DNA of 64,000 nucleotides from an archaeon (GTDB lineage: Archaea; Nanobdellota; Nanobdellia; Woesearchaeales; GW2011-AR9): the NCBI GenBank assembly GCA_018697095.1, contig JABHSG010000003.1, positions 356,839 through 420,838 on the forward strand. Direction: 5' to 3'. Within the stretch, counting starts at the first letter, position 1, and the number at the start of each line of letters is the position of its first letter. Below, piece by piece: positions 41,604 through 51,000 of the stretch. The notes below the pieces were generated by a model, which made no database searches, was not told the origin of the DNA, and saw only the letters and a program-made list of their open reading frames with translations. A program made the position numbers and the translations under genes.

Positions 41604-42788
41604 CTAATTAATAACTAAACTAACAGAACCATTATCACTAGAACAACTAAGTCTTTCATATGAACATCCGCTCTCTGCTGGGACAATAGTATCATCAAGT
41701 AAAAATTGGTACAAATCAAATTCTCCTTCGAAAGTCACATAAAAATCCGTTCCTTTTGAAAATTCAAATTCATCTGCGCCAAAAGAAGCATCTGCTGCAA
41801 ATGGCATTTTTCCAAGCGCAAGCCCAATTTTTTCTTGTAAGGAATATTCAGCGCCATTTTCTTGTTGGGTAAGTGTTGGTGGACGTCCAGCATAACAACT
41901 AAATACGAAAAATTCTACATCTTCTCTTAATTCACTCAGTGCCAAAAAAATTCCTTCATCCCAAATATCAAAAGAAAGATTTTCTCTTGAAAAAGAAAAA
42001 TTTTCACTAGTTCCAAGGCCTTGTGAAATCCCATCTCCGTGGCCAGCAGTCATAAAGTATCGTGCATTTTTATTCATCCTTAAAACTCTTTCAAGTTCCA
42101 TATCATTTGAAACAAAATAAGTTGCACTTTTTTTTCCAGAAGAAAATTCTCTTTGCCTTTTACGAGAAATACTATTCAAAAAAGCACCATTATAATCATC
42201 AGATGGAAGGATGGAAACAGCATCATATTCATTACCTTCTTTTGGTACCTTGATATTATGTATCAAATAACCAAATATTTCTGAGCCAGTTAATCTCCCT
42301 TCATGAATGGGGCTCTCTGTAGCTGTCAATCTTCCGATTTTGCCACTAAGCGTGTCAAGGCCCATTTCAGAATGTACACAAAGAAAGTATGCTAAGTGCA
42401 TTCCTGTTGGGAAAATAGCATTGTCATAACTATCAACATAACTTGTAAGGACTGTGGCATCTGATGCTTCATTTTCACAATTATACATTGTTCCAATAAA
42501 ATCTGGGTTATCAAACAATTGTGTTCCATCTAAGTCAACAACTGGTGTGAGTTGCGCAATATACTCTAGTGGGATATCTTTTTGTGCAAACTCATATAAT
42601 TCATCATCACTAGAATTAGGAAACAATTCCCTATATGGCTCAAGAAAATCAGGATGAAGTTCATCCATTCCTGTAATTTCGAAAGTTGGTTCTTCATTTA
42701 CAACCTGCGTTTCCAAGTTATCTGAAACATTAGTATAAAGGCCAACACTAAGCAAAATAGCTTCAAGAAAAGAGGGGTGTCTATACAT
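41604..42788 (-). CDS. secreted clan-CD cysteine peptidase candidate (caspase/clostripain/gingipain-like)
   Basis: N-terminal signal peptide. His-Gly in FMTAGHGDG. Cys about 50 aa downstream after a hydrophobic strand (FFVFSCYAG). This spacing and context match clan CD catalytic dyads. Confidence 0.4.
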   Translation of the reverse strand: MYRHPSFLEAILLSVGLYTNVSDNLETQVVNEEPTFEITGMDELHPDFLEPYRELFPNSSDDELYEFAQKDIPLEYIAQLTPVVDLDGTQLFDNPDFIGTMYNCENEASDATVLTSYVDSYDNAIFPTGMHLAYFLCVHSEMGLDTLSGKIGRLTATESPIHEGRLTGSEIFGYLIHNIKVPKEGNEYDAVSILPSDDYNGAFLNSISRKRQREFSSGKKSATYFVSNDMELERVLRMNKNARYFMTAGHGDGISQGLGTSENFSFSRENLSFDIWDEGIFLALSELREDVEFFVFSCYAGRPPTLTQQENGAEYSLQEKIGLALGKMPFAADASFGADEFEFSKGTDFYVTFEGEFDLYQFLLDDTIVPAESGCSYERLSCSSDNGSVSLVIN

Positions 42789-42919
42789 AATCTATTCAGA
42801 ATTAATCTTTATAAAAAGCCCCTGACACATAATACCAAATCTGAAAAATATCAAAAAAGAACTATCTTCTGTACTTTACTTTCCCTCATCTTTTTAAACA
42901 AAAAAAATCACTAATCAAA

Positions 42920-43147
42920 ATGGGTAGTGCAGAACAATCAATCCCTCAAGAAAAACCAACTCGTAGGCTAAGTTATCTTGTAGATTTAGACACTGGTCAA
43001 ACTTTAGATCCTGCTACTCGAAGACAAATTCCAGACCCGATGATCTATAATTTAAATGGAACAAGGCGTGGGGGAACCAGGTCAATTAATGATACAAATC
43101 AACCAGGACTATATTCTATCTCTCCAGGTTCTGCATATCTTTTGTAA
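42920..43147 (+). CDS. small hypothetical protein
   Basis: 75-aa ORF. Confidence 0.2.
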   Translation: MGSAEQSIPQEKPTRRLSYLVDLDTGQTLDPATRRQIPDPMIYNLNGTRRGGTRSINDTNQPGLYSISPGSAYLL

Positions 43148-43273
43148 TCAAATACCTTTCTCGCTTCGATACCCGCAAGCTTTGCAATAATTCACCATAA
43201 ACATACCATCTGCATACTTGTGTTGACCTACATGCAATTTCTTAGAACACTCTGGACACTTCGTGTTTTCCAT
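43148..43273 (-). CDS. 41-aa zinc-ribbon mini-protein (absent from the ORF track)
   Basis: Hand translation gives MENTKCPECSKKLHVGQHKYADGMFMVNYCKACGYRSEKGI with paired CxxC motifs. It overlaps the 3' end of the upstream metallophosphoesterase gene. Confidence 0.35.
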   Translation of the reverse strand: MENTKCPECSKKLHVGQHKYADGMFMVNYCKACGYRSEKGI

Positions 43274-43874
43274 TTTCTTTCACCTCAATTAGTGTACCTG
43301 TTTTTCCAACGTTCAGTACACGTGTATTACCAATTTTGTCTTCCATTCCATGAGTTTCATGGATGTGGCCACAAATGTGAATTGCTGGTTGTAACTCTTC
43401 AACTGCCTTGCGAACTCCAGTACTTCCTGGCCACATACCAGCACATAAAATAGAATCCGATGGTTGTACATGACTTACCATAATCTTGTGTTCACAATCA
43501 TCTATTTGGGAATGTGCTTCTTTCAAAGTTTCAAAAAATTCTTTTTCAGTTAATTGGTGGATTCCAACGTCTGCGTATCCACAACCAAAGATCCCTACAT
43601 TGCCTTTTTTGATAACAGAACCATGTAAATGTTTGACATCATAATGTTTGCTTAAAAAATAAGTCTCAGATAAACCTTCGTGGTTTCCTGGCATAATAGC
43701 AACTTCTAATCCTTGTTTTTTGAAAGGTCCAATAATTCCATCAATTCGTCCATCATCATCAGCCAAGTCGCCAGCTAGTACTACTAAGTCAACATTTGCT
43801 TCTTTTCCTCGAACTGCCATCTTTTGAGCAAAGACAACATCGCGGTGCAAGTCTGATAGTGCTAAGATTTTCAT
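43242..43874 (-). CDS. calcineurin-like metallophosphoesterase (MJ0936/YfcE type)
   Basis: Motifs LSDLHRD, LAGDLADD, PGNHEG and GHIHE. Confidence 0.75.
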   Translation of the reverse strand: MKILALSDLHRDVVFAQKMAVRGKEANVDLVVLAGDLADDDGRIDGIIGPFKKQGLEVAIMPGNHEGLSETYFLSKHYDVKHLHGSVIKKGNVGIFGCGYADVGIHQLTEKEFFETLKEAHSQIDDCEHKIMVSHVQPSDSILCAGMWPGSTGVRKAVEELQPAIHICGHIHETHGMEDKIGNTRVLNVGKTGTLIEVKENGKHEVSRVF

Positions 43875-43977
43875 AAGCAGTCTAAAAGACAGCTCTATTT
43901 AAAAGAGTTTCCATTAACTACTAGAAAGTAATAAAAACGACCAAATATTTATAACTACAAGGATTAATTACAACTTA

Positions 43978-44808
43978 GTGGCAAGAAACCCAGATTTTAA
44001 AGATCGTGTAAGTAATCTAACAGCTCTAGCTCCATTGGCAATAATGTTTGGAGCTACAGCTATCCCATTGTATTCATCTTCAACGTTCGATCCTATGCCT
44101 GAAACAGCTCTTGAGCAAATTTTAGAATCAAGTTCTGGCGTTGAAATATTTTCAGGTCTTAAAGCAGATAAGCGGGAAAAAATAGTAGCGGCTTATGAAA
44201 GTACAATTAGTCAAACAATGAATTTATGGGAAAATGCACCACAGCAATATGCATTGGCATCTTCTGTTTTTCTTGATTCAAAACCTAAAACAGATTCTAA
44301 TGGAGAATTAATTTTAGCGGGAGTAGATCAAGATACAATGCAGCTATGGGTTTATTGTGAAGAAAAAACAAATGGTTCTTTTGAATGTCCAGGTCCAACT
44401 TATCTTGCACATGAAATTGGTGGACATATTTGGGCTACTAATACTTTTGGTGATGACAAAATTTTTAGTGGATCACCATCTTATCAAGAAAATTCGAAAA
44501 CTGATGACTGCGTTGATAAAATGATTCAAACGGGAGCCGCAACTTGTTACGGGACAAGAAATTTGGATGAAAAAATTGCAGAAGACTTTCGTCTAATTGT
44601 AAATCTTCAAACAAGTCCGACATTTCTCGACAAAAACGAAGTATTAGTTTCTCAAGTAGATACAAAAGTCAAACAAGCTTATCTTCATGATTTAAAAGAA
44701 GGTGTAGATTTATTTCATGAAAATGGCGCAATAAATCAAACTGAATACCAAACAGTAATTGATGCAATGAATCAAAAATCAATCTCTTTTGACGGATATA
44801 TCAATTAA
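43978..44808 (+). CDS. secreted hypothetical protein
   Basis: Signal/TM leader. Length 276 aa. HEIGGH has the wrong spacing for HEXXH. Confidence 0.4.
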   Translation: MARNPDFKDRVSNLTALAPLAIMFGATAIPLYSSSTFDPMPETALEQILESSSGVEIFSGLKADKREKIVAAYESTISQTMNLWENAPQQYALASSVFLDSKPKTDSNGELILAGVDQDTMQLWVYCEEKTNGSFECPGPTYLAHEIGGHIWATNTFGDDKIFSGSPSYQENSKTDDCVDKMIQTGAATCYGTRNLDEKIAEDFRLIVNLQTSPTFLDKNEVLVSQVDTKVKQAYLHDLKEGVDLFHENGAINQTEYQTVIDAMNQKSISFDGYIN

Positions 44809-44809
44809 T

Positions 44810-45370
44810 CTATCCACGTAGTTTTAGTTCAAGCATCAAGTCTTCAAGTTTATTCAAACTATATTTGATCCCATCACTTTTCTTACGAAGTTCTCCATTA
44901 CCAAAATTGAATTCTAACATTTTACCATAAATCATTTCAACAGCTTCGCGAATCAAGCCAACAGAATCTTTCTCACCTTTAGAAGCCAAGTATACAGCGC
45001 GGCGAACGAGTTCTCCAGGCAAATCTGCAAGACCAAGTAAGTAATGAACAGAACTAACTCCTTCAATTGCTACGAGTTCACCAGTCTCAACAAAACGTAA
45101 ATACAAAACAGCTTCAACGTATTCTGAGATCGCTGCTTTGTATGATCCTTCAAAACTAAGTCTAGCAGCTCCTAAAGCAATGATATCAAGTTCTCCTCGG
45201 CACTTTTCCATATCAACAAGAAGTCCAGCGGCTTTATCCATTTCGCTTCTATGCACAGCGTAAATCACTAATTTGCTCAATTTAAGCAAATCTCGTCCTT
45301 TTTTGATGAGTTTCTCTCGATTAGCGTCATACGCCAAGAGTTCCTTTTGCATTAGTTCGAAATTAACCAT
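44810..45370 (-). CDS. translin-like protein
   Basis: All-helical 186-aa protein. Motifs YLLGLADLPGELVRRAV and KKSDGIKYSLNKLEDLMLEL resemble archaeal translin family signatures, recalled from memory. Confidence 0.45.
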   Translation of the reverse strand: MVNFELMQKELLAYDANREKLIKKGRDLLKLSKLVIYAVHRSEMDKAAGLLVDMEKCRGELDIIALGAARLSFEGSYKAAISEYVEAVLYLRFVETGELVAIEGVSSVHYLLGLADLPGELVRRAVYLASKGEKDSVGLIREAVEMIYGKMLEFNFGNGELRKKSDGIKYSLNKLEDLMLELKLRG

Positions 45371-45493
45371 AAGTCCCTCAAAACCTGTTCTATATTAAAA
45401 ACTCTCCCTCAAAACTGATTTTAAATAGCATTATCCAAAACCTTTATAAAAGAGTGATCGTCAAAGCCATTATTCACACACGAGGTGTATACT

Positions 45494-45721
45494 ATGGAAA
45501 ATCACGCAAGACCACTTGACGCATTAAACGCAGCACGAGGAAAACAAGTTCTAGTGCAACTAAAAAACGGAGCTACAATGACTGGAAAGCTCAAAGCATT
45601 TGATATTCACATTAACACTGTGCTTGATGATGCACAAGAAACTGGAAAAGACGGAGAAAAAAGAACTCTTGGAACTGCATTTTTACGCGGCGACACAATT
45701 GTATTCATCTCTCCAGCATAA
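45494..45721 (+). CDS. Sm-like archaeal protein (SmAP/LSm)
   Basis: Sm1/Sm2 motifs (VLVQLKNGATMTGKLKAFDIHINTVLDDAQE ... RGDTIVFIS). Start placed at the internal Met. Confidence 0.8.
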   Translation: MENHARPLDALNAARGKQVLVQLKNGATMTGKLKAFDIHINTVLDDAQETGKDGEKRTLGTAFLRGDTIVFISPA

Positions 45722-45746
45722 GATCATAAATAATAGGTAACTTAAA

Positions 45747-45914
45747 ATGTCAACAGCAAGCATGGGTAAAAAAAGTGGGAAAACATCCCACATTAGTTGT
45801 CGAAGATGTGGTAGTCACACTTATCACATTAGAAAACTAAGATGTTCTAGCTGTGGCTACGGTAATACTGCAACTAAACGTAAGTATAACACCAACAAAA
45901 AGAATACTAAATAA
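45747..45914 (+). CDS. rpl37e: 50S ribosomal protein L37e (absent from the ORF track; 55 aa)
   Basis: Hand translation gives MSTASMGKKSGKTSHISCRRCGSHTYHIRKLRCSSCGYGNTATKRKYNTNKKNTK with the C4 zinc ribbon. Sits in the classic Sm-L37e arrangement. Confidence 0.85.
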   Translation: MSTASMGKKSGKTSHISCRRCGSHTYHIRKLRCSSCGYGNTATKRKYNTNKKNTK

Positions 45915-46028
45915 TTATTCTTTTACTTTTTTATTCTCTTAATTTTATTTTCTAACTATTTTTTCTAAACTTCAATTATCCAAAACCATTCATTAACGTT
46001 TTTAAAACAGGGTTGAGTTTGAGATAAA

Positions 46029-46541
46029 ATGTCACTTTTACAAAGATTAACACAAAAAAGAGTTCCCATTGTCCCTGGATCTTCTGAATTTTTAATGCAA
46101 TTAGTTCCTGTTACTGAGAGTCCAAATGATGGTCCATTATCTGAATTATTTCTATATCTAATAAGAAGATTTGAACCAAGGGAAAAAGTTGATAAAGAAG
46201 TAGTAGGGGTCAGAAGAGATTTTTATTTTAATGGAATTGATGCTGGAGGCATAACTCTTAGTGGAGTTATCTCACAAGAAAAAGGCGTGGCACTACTATC
46301 AGTAAGCTGTCCACACGATAATTTTGATCCTGCAAAAAATTTTATCCGGTCATTAATTGCAGGTATTTCTCCTTATGCAAAAATTTGCGTGGATAATGTG
46401 TGGGGGATACAAATTCCACAAATGGCTATTCGTTATGGAGATAATTCTCCTGCTCTTGAAGGAACTGCAGTTACTGGGTATTTTGAAATAACTTCGTTGA
46501 ATCCAAATATTTTTGATTTATCTGGGTCACTTCAACACTAA
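46029..46541 (+). CDS. hypothetical protein
   Basis: 170-aa ORF with no motif recognised. Confidence 0.35.
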   Translation: MSLLQRLTQKRVPIVPGSSEFLMQLVPVTESPNDGPLSELFLYLIRRFEPREKVDKEVVGVRRDFYFNGIDAGGITLSGVISQEKGVALLSVSCPHDNFDPAKNFIRSLIAGISPYAKICVDNVWGIQIPQMAIRYGDNSPALEGTAVTGYFEITSLNPNIFDLSGSLQH

Positions 46542-46559
46542 CTATTTTTATTTTGGAAT

Positions 46560-47474
46560 TTATTTTTTAGAACTCTTCTTTCTTCTTTTCAATTCTTTAA
46601 CAATAATTCCACTCACGTCAATTTTGTTACTTGGATGTACAATTGTATTGCAACTAATCACTTCAGTAAGTTTTCCACTTCTCTTCAATTTAGAAATAGC
46701 ATTTTCAGCAAATAAACCATGGACTCCAATGCAACGTACTGTTTTAGCTCCAAGACTCCAAGACTTTTTTGCAGCCTCAATTACTGTGTGTCCCGTACTA
46801 ATGATATCGTCAACAATCACGACATTTTTACCTTTCATATCAACTTGTTTCATCATTTTAACTTTAACATTACGACTAGAATAACGAGTCTTCTCAAACA
46901 CAGTACACTCACTGCCACATATTGATGCTACCTCACGTGCCCATTGGAATGATTCCCAGTCAGGTCCAACCACAACAACATTTCTAAACTTCTTTTTTAC
47001 ATACTCTCCAATAAGTGGATTCGCTGAGATAGCACGAGCATCCATAGAACCAAACAAATCTTTCATCCTACGTACACGATGTAAATGAGGATCAACTGTA
47101 ATTAATTTATCAACACAAACGCCCAATACTTTAGCCATGACTCGTGCAGATATAACTTCGCCTGGATTAAACATTTTGTCTTGGCGCATGTACGCTAAAT
47201 ATGGTGCAACTAATGTAACTGATTTTGCACCTAGTTGTTTTGCTCCAAGTGCTGCAAATTGGATTAAACTCAAAGATTTTTGAGGATTAGGCTGAAACGA
47301 TTGCACAAGAATAACTTCTTGGCGACGTACGTCTCCAAGATAACGCATAAGCATATCTCTATCTGGAAAAGCGCCAACCTTAACGCGCACAACTTTGCAC
47401 TTACTTCCAAGCCCACGAGCTATACGAGAGGCGAGTAAAGAAGAATTACCAAGACTTACAACAACTACCATCAA
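46560..47474 (-). CDS. prs: ribose-phosphate pyrophosphokinase (PRPP synthetase)
   Basis: PRPP-binding motif VVIVDDIISTGHTV. N-terminal PRTase-like domain. Length 304 aa. Confidence 0.85.
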   Translation of the reverse strand: MMVVVVSLGNSSLLASRIARGLGSKCKVVRVKVGAFPDRDMLMRYLGDVRRQEVILVQSFQPNPQKSLSLIQFAALGAKQLGAKSVTLVAPYLAYMRQDKMFNPGEVISARVMAKVLGVCVDKLITVDPHLHRVRRMKDLFGSMDARAISANPLIGEYVKKKFRNVVVVGPDWESFQWAREVASICGSECTVFEKTRYSSRNVKVKMMKQVDMKGKNVVIVDDIISTGHTVIEAAKKSWSLGAKTVRCIGVHGLFAENAISKLKRSGKLTEVISCNTIVHPSNKIDVSGIIVKELKRRKKSSKK

Positions 47475-47516
47475 AGAAAAACAAAAGAAACGCCCTTATT
47501 AAATTTGCTAATAAAA

Positions 47517-48281
47517 TCAATTGCCATCTACTGCATTAAGTGCAACTACGTAACCTGAATCAGTTGGCAGACCACCACCAACAGGGAATTTATATGCAAA
47601 AGATTCTGACCCATCAGCTGGTGCATATTGCATTGTGAGTCCTTGCCTCATTCCAGATTCTTGCCTTACTTCTCTGAATCTAGTAATTACATCGTATCTT
47701 TTTTCAGACACTTGTCCTTTATCTACAATCACGGTCAACTTATGTGCCTGGTCTAATCTTTCATTTGGATTACAAAGAAGTGCCAATCTTGCAATGTTTT
47801 GCACGGAATCAGATTTGCCGCCGCACTGCCTGTTCGCTGGGTATTTTGAAGTTAAAGCGTCAACTAATTTTTGATAACTATTTATATCACTTGGGACATC
47901 TCCAGAACAGTTGTCATAATCAATACTTCCATCAACATGTCTGTCCGATAAACTACAATTCCAACCACTTCCTCTCAATTGAAATTCCAAGCTTGATGGG
48001 TTATCATATCCAAATCCAAGTGTACTTGTAACAGAACCACTATAACTACCCTCATCTCCTCTTAAAACAAAACTTCTCCTGTGCGAGAGCATCCCAGAAG
48101 AAACAGTAGATTTAGAACCAGAAAGTCCTATTTTGTATACAGAACTAACATCATTCATTGAAGCTACTCGTGAGTTATCAGAACTACTAGTATTTGAAGC
48201 ACCAACATATTCAATCTCTGGTGCAGCACTAGCACCACCACTAGCTAAACCAACCAGCATCGCAAACAACATCCTTCTCAT
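47517..48281 (-). CDS. secreted hypothetical protein
   Basis: Signal peptide. Ser-rich N-terminus. Length 254 aa. Confidence 0.4.
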   Translation of the reverse strand: MRRMLFAMLVGLASGGASAAPEIEYVGASNTSSSDNSRVASMNDVSSVYKIGLSGSKSTVSSGMLSHRRSFVLRGDEGSYSGSVTSTLGFGYDNPSSLEFQLRGSGWNCSLSDRHVDGSIDYDNCSGDVPSDINSYQKLVDALTSKYPANRQCGGKSDSVQNIARLALLCNPNERLDQAHKLTVIVDKGQVSEKRYDVITRFREVRQESGMRQGLTMQYAPADGSESFAYKFPVGGGLPTDSGYVVALNAVDGN

Positions 48282-48299
48282 TATTTTATCTCTTTAATC

Positions 48300-48797
48300 T
48301 CACATAGCTCTATTCACAATATCATAACATCTCAAAGCATCAAGATTACTTGCTACTCGATACATCCTTTGCTCAGCATTAGTCGTCTCACCACTACATG
48401 AATCTGGGTTCCAATATTTTCCACTACAAACAATATCTAATTTTCCATCATGATCAGTATCTTTGAAGGATCGAACTTTTTCCCAAGGTCCTTTAACAAC
48501 TAAAAATGAATCACTTGGTTCAAACTCACCACCTTTCATTTTTCCATTAACAACTAAGCCATAATTAAAAGAGACAGAACTTGAATCAAGTGGACAGTAA
48601 AGGTGCGTGGGGGCATATCTAGGTGCATCAGCACTAGTTCCTTCAACCTGGCCATCTTGTTCCAAATCATGATCTATTAGCAAATGTCTAAATCCTTCTT
48701 TTGGAGCTTCATATTTAACTACAGTTTTATCCAAATCATTCGCATTAGCAGTACCAACGCCTAAAGATGCCATTAAAATTAAAGAAACAAGACTCAT
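48300..48797 (-). CDS. secreted hypothetical protein (FG-GAP/VCBS-like Asp-rich motif)
   Basis: Signal peptide. Contains DTDHDGKLDIVCSG. In tandem with the previous secreted gene. Confidence 0.4.
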   Translation of the reverse strand: MSLVSLILMASLGVGTANANDLDKTVVKYEAPKEGFRHLLIDHDLEQDGQVEGTSADAPRYAPTHLYCPLDSSSVSFNYGLVVNGKMKGGEFEPSDSFLVVKGPWEKVRSFKDTDHDGKLDIVCSGKYWNPDSCSGETTNAEQRMYRVASNLDALRCYDIVNRAM

Positions 48798-48915
48798 ACA
48801 AAATAAGTAAACACCAATTTACTAAAAGGCTCTGACACATTTTACTCTAATAGGCCCATCAACCTTAATTATCTGAGCAGCACTTTTAAATAAGAAAAGT
48901 CAAAAACCACTCATT

Positions 48916-50853
48916 ATGGCAAAAAAGCTAGTATTGGACCAAGACAAATTACGAAAACTCGGCGAAATCCGTGAATTAGGAGTAAATCCTTACCCTTACA
49001 CTTACAAACGCACAACTTGCGCAAAAGATTTCAAACAAAAATTTCAAGATTTAAAACCTGGTGATAAAGATAAAACCAAAGTATCTCTAGCTGGGCGAAT
49101 CATGCTAAAGCGTGTTATGGGAAAAGCTTCCTTTCTAACAATTCAAGACGAATCAGGAAAGTTTCAAGTTTATATCACTAAAGATAACTTAGGTGACAAC
49201 TACAAACTATTTGCTAAAAAAACAGATCTTGGAGATATTATTGGAGTTGAAGGTACTATCTTCAAAACCAAAATGGGTGAAGTTACAGTTCATGCAACTA
49301 ACGCGACTTTTCTTTGCAAGTCCTTGCTACAATTACCTGAAAAGTTTCACGGCCTTCAAGATATTGAACTAAAATACAGAAGACGCTACCTGGATCTGAT
49401 CATGAACCCAGAGAGTAAAGAAATTTTCAAACAGCGTTCATTAATGATTAAAACTATTCGTAAATATTTTGATGAATTAGATTTTATGGAAGTAGAAATG
49501 CCTGCGCTTCAAACTCAATATGGAGGGGCATCAGCAAAACCTTTTGCAACTCATATTAACGCTTGGGATATGCAAATGTTTCTATCTATCTCTCCAGAAC
49601 TTCCACTAAAACGTCTTCTTGTAGGTGGACACGAAAAAGTTTTCACTATCTGTAAAAATTTTAGAAATGAAGATGTAGATACAACTCATAACCCAGAGTT
49701 CACCATGCTTGAGATTTACGAAAGTTATGTTGACTATAATCAAATGATGCATTATATGGAGCAAGTCTACGAGAAAGCTTGCCTTGCAATGCACGGGACC
49801 ACCAAAATCAAACGTGAGTACAAAGGTGAAGAAGTTACACTTAATTTCAAAGCGCCATGGAAACGTCTTACAATGCTTGACGCAATCAAAACTTACGCAA
49901 AAGTTGATGTTAGTAAAATGAGTGAAGAACACATGCTCAATTTAATCAAAGACAAAGGATTAGAACTTGAACGAGATGTTGCTGATTTTACTTGGGGATA
50001 TGGCGTACAAGTTCTTTTTGAAGAACTTTGTGAAGAACATTTGATTCAACCAATTCACATTATCGATCATCCTAAAGAAACAACTCCTTTGTGTAAAGAG
50101 CACCGCGAAGACAAAAGACTTGTAGAACGTTTCGAATCTTTTTGTTTAGGGATGGAAATTTGTAATGCATACAGCGAACTAAACGATCCAATTAAACAAC
50201 GTCAGCTTTTAGAAGATCAGCAATCTCAACTTTCAGGTGGGATTGACGACGAAGCCCACCCAATGGATGAAGACTTTGTAAATTCAATTGAGTATGGAAT
50301 GCCTCCAGCAGGTGGCCTTGGTTTTGGAATTGATCGTATGGCAGTTATTTTGTGTGGTGTTTCAAGTATTCGTGACGTTATTTATTTCCCAACCATGAAA
50401 CCTATTGGGTTACAAGCAGCAGGTAAAGCTAAAGAAACCAAAATTGCGGTTGCTCTAATTAACAAAGGTCTTAAACTTGAAACTTGGAAAGAGATGAATA
50501 CTGTTGCTCACTTAAATGCAGCTTTTGCAGCACGTAAAGGAAGAGAACTATTTTTGCAAGACAAAATTGAAACCAGTGATAAGCAAAAAATCAACCTCAA
50601 TATTCAGCATGCAATTATGATTAAGCAAGCTAAGTCAAACGAGGAATTAGTTAAACTATCTCAAAAAGCAAAAGAGTTAGAACTTGATGTTGCTGAGTTC
50701 ACTAGTGAAATGCAAGAAACTACTGATGACAAAAAAGTTATTGCAATCACTAAAGAAAAAGCTCTAAAAGATGTTGACTTTTTAGGAATACTAATTTTTG
50801 GAAAGAAAAAAGCAGTTGACAAGCTCACTAAAGAATACAAACTTTATTCATAA
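48916..50853 (+). CDS. lysS: lysyl-tRNA synthetase class II fused to a ~150-aa C-terminal DUF2000/PTH2-like domain
   Basis: OB fold plus class II core (FRNEDVDTTHNPEFTMLEIY, GGLGFGIDRMAVIL). The normal C-terminus (YFPTMKP) is followed by a further 150 aa. Confidence 0.85.
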   Translation: MAKKLVLDQDKLRKLGEIRELGVNPYPYTYKRTTCAKDFKQKFQDLKPGDKDKTKVSLAGRIMLKRVMGKASFLTIQDESGKFQVYITKDNLGDNYKLFAKKTDLGDIIGVEGTIFKTKMGEVTVHATNATFLCKSLLQLPEKFHGLQDIELKYRRRYLDLIMNPESKEIFKQRSLMIKTIRKYFDELDFMEVEMPALQTQYGGASAKPFATHINAWDMQMFLSISPELPLKRLLVGGHEKVFTICKNFRNEDVDTTHNPEFTMLEIYESYVDYNQMMHYMEQVYEKACLAMHGTTKIKREYKGEEVTLNFKAPWKRLTMLDAIKTYAKVDVSKMSEEHMLNLIKDKGLELERDVADFTWGYGVQVLFEELCEEHLIQPIHIIDHPKETTPLCKEHREDKRLVERFESFCLGMEICNAYSELNDPIKQRQLLEDQQSQLSGGIDDEAHPMDEDFVNSIEYGMPPAGGLGFGIDRMAVILCGVSSIRDVIYFPTMKPIGLQAAGKAKETKIAVALINKGLKLETWKEMNTVAHLNAAFAARKGRELFLQDKIETSDKQKINLNIQHAIMIKQAKSNEELVKLSQKAKELELDVAEFTSEMQETTDDKKVIAITKEKALKDVDFLGILIFGKKKAVDKLTKEYKLYS

Positions 50854-51000
50854 AAAAACAATTTTTATTTTTTTCTTAATTTTTATCCTCTAATTTATAC
50901 ACTATTCCACGCTACATTTATATACGAAAAACTAACTATTCAATACGATGGTTGGAAATAGTTCTATTTACAAACTCAAAAACTATGGTGGTAGTTTCTG

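Noticed and set aside
43978-44808. HEIGGH as a possible zinc-metalloprotease motif
   Set aside because: The spacing is HExxxH, not HExxH, so it is not a zincin signature.
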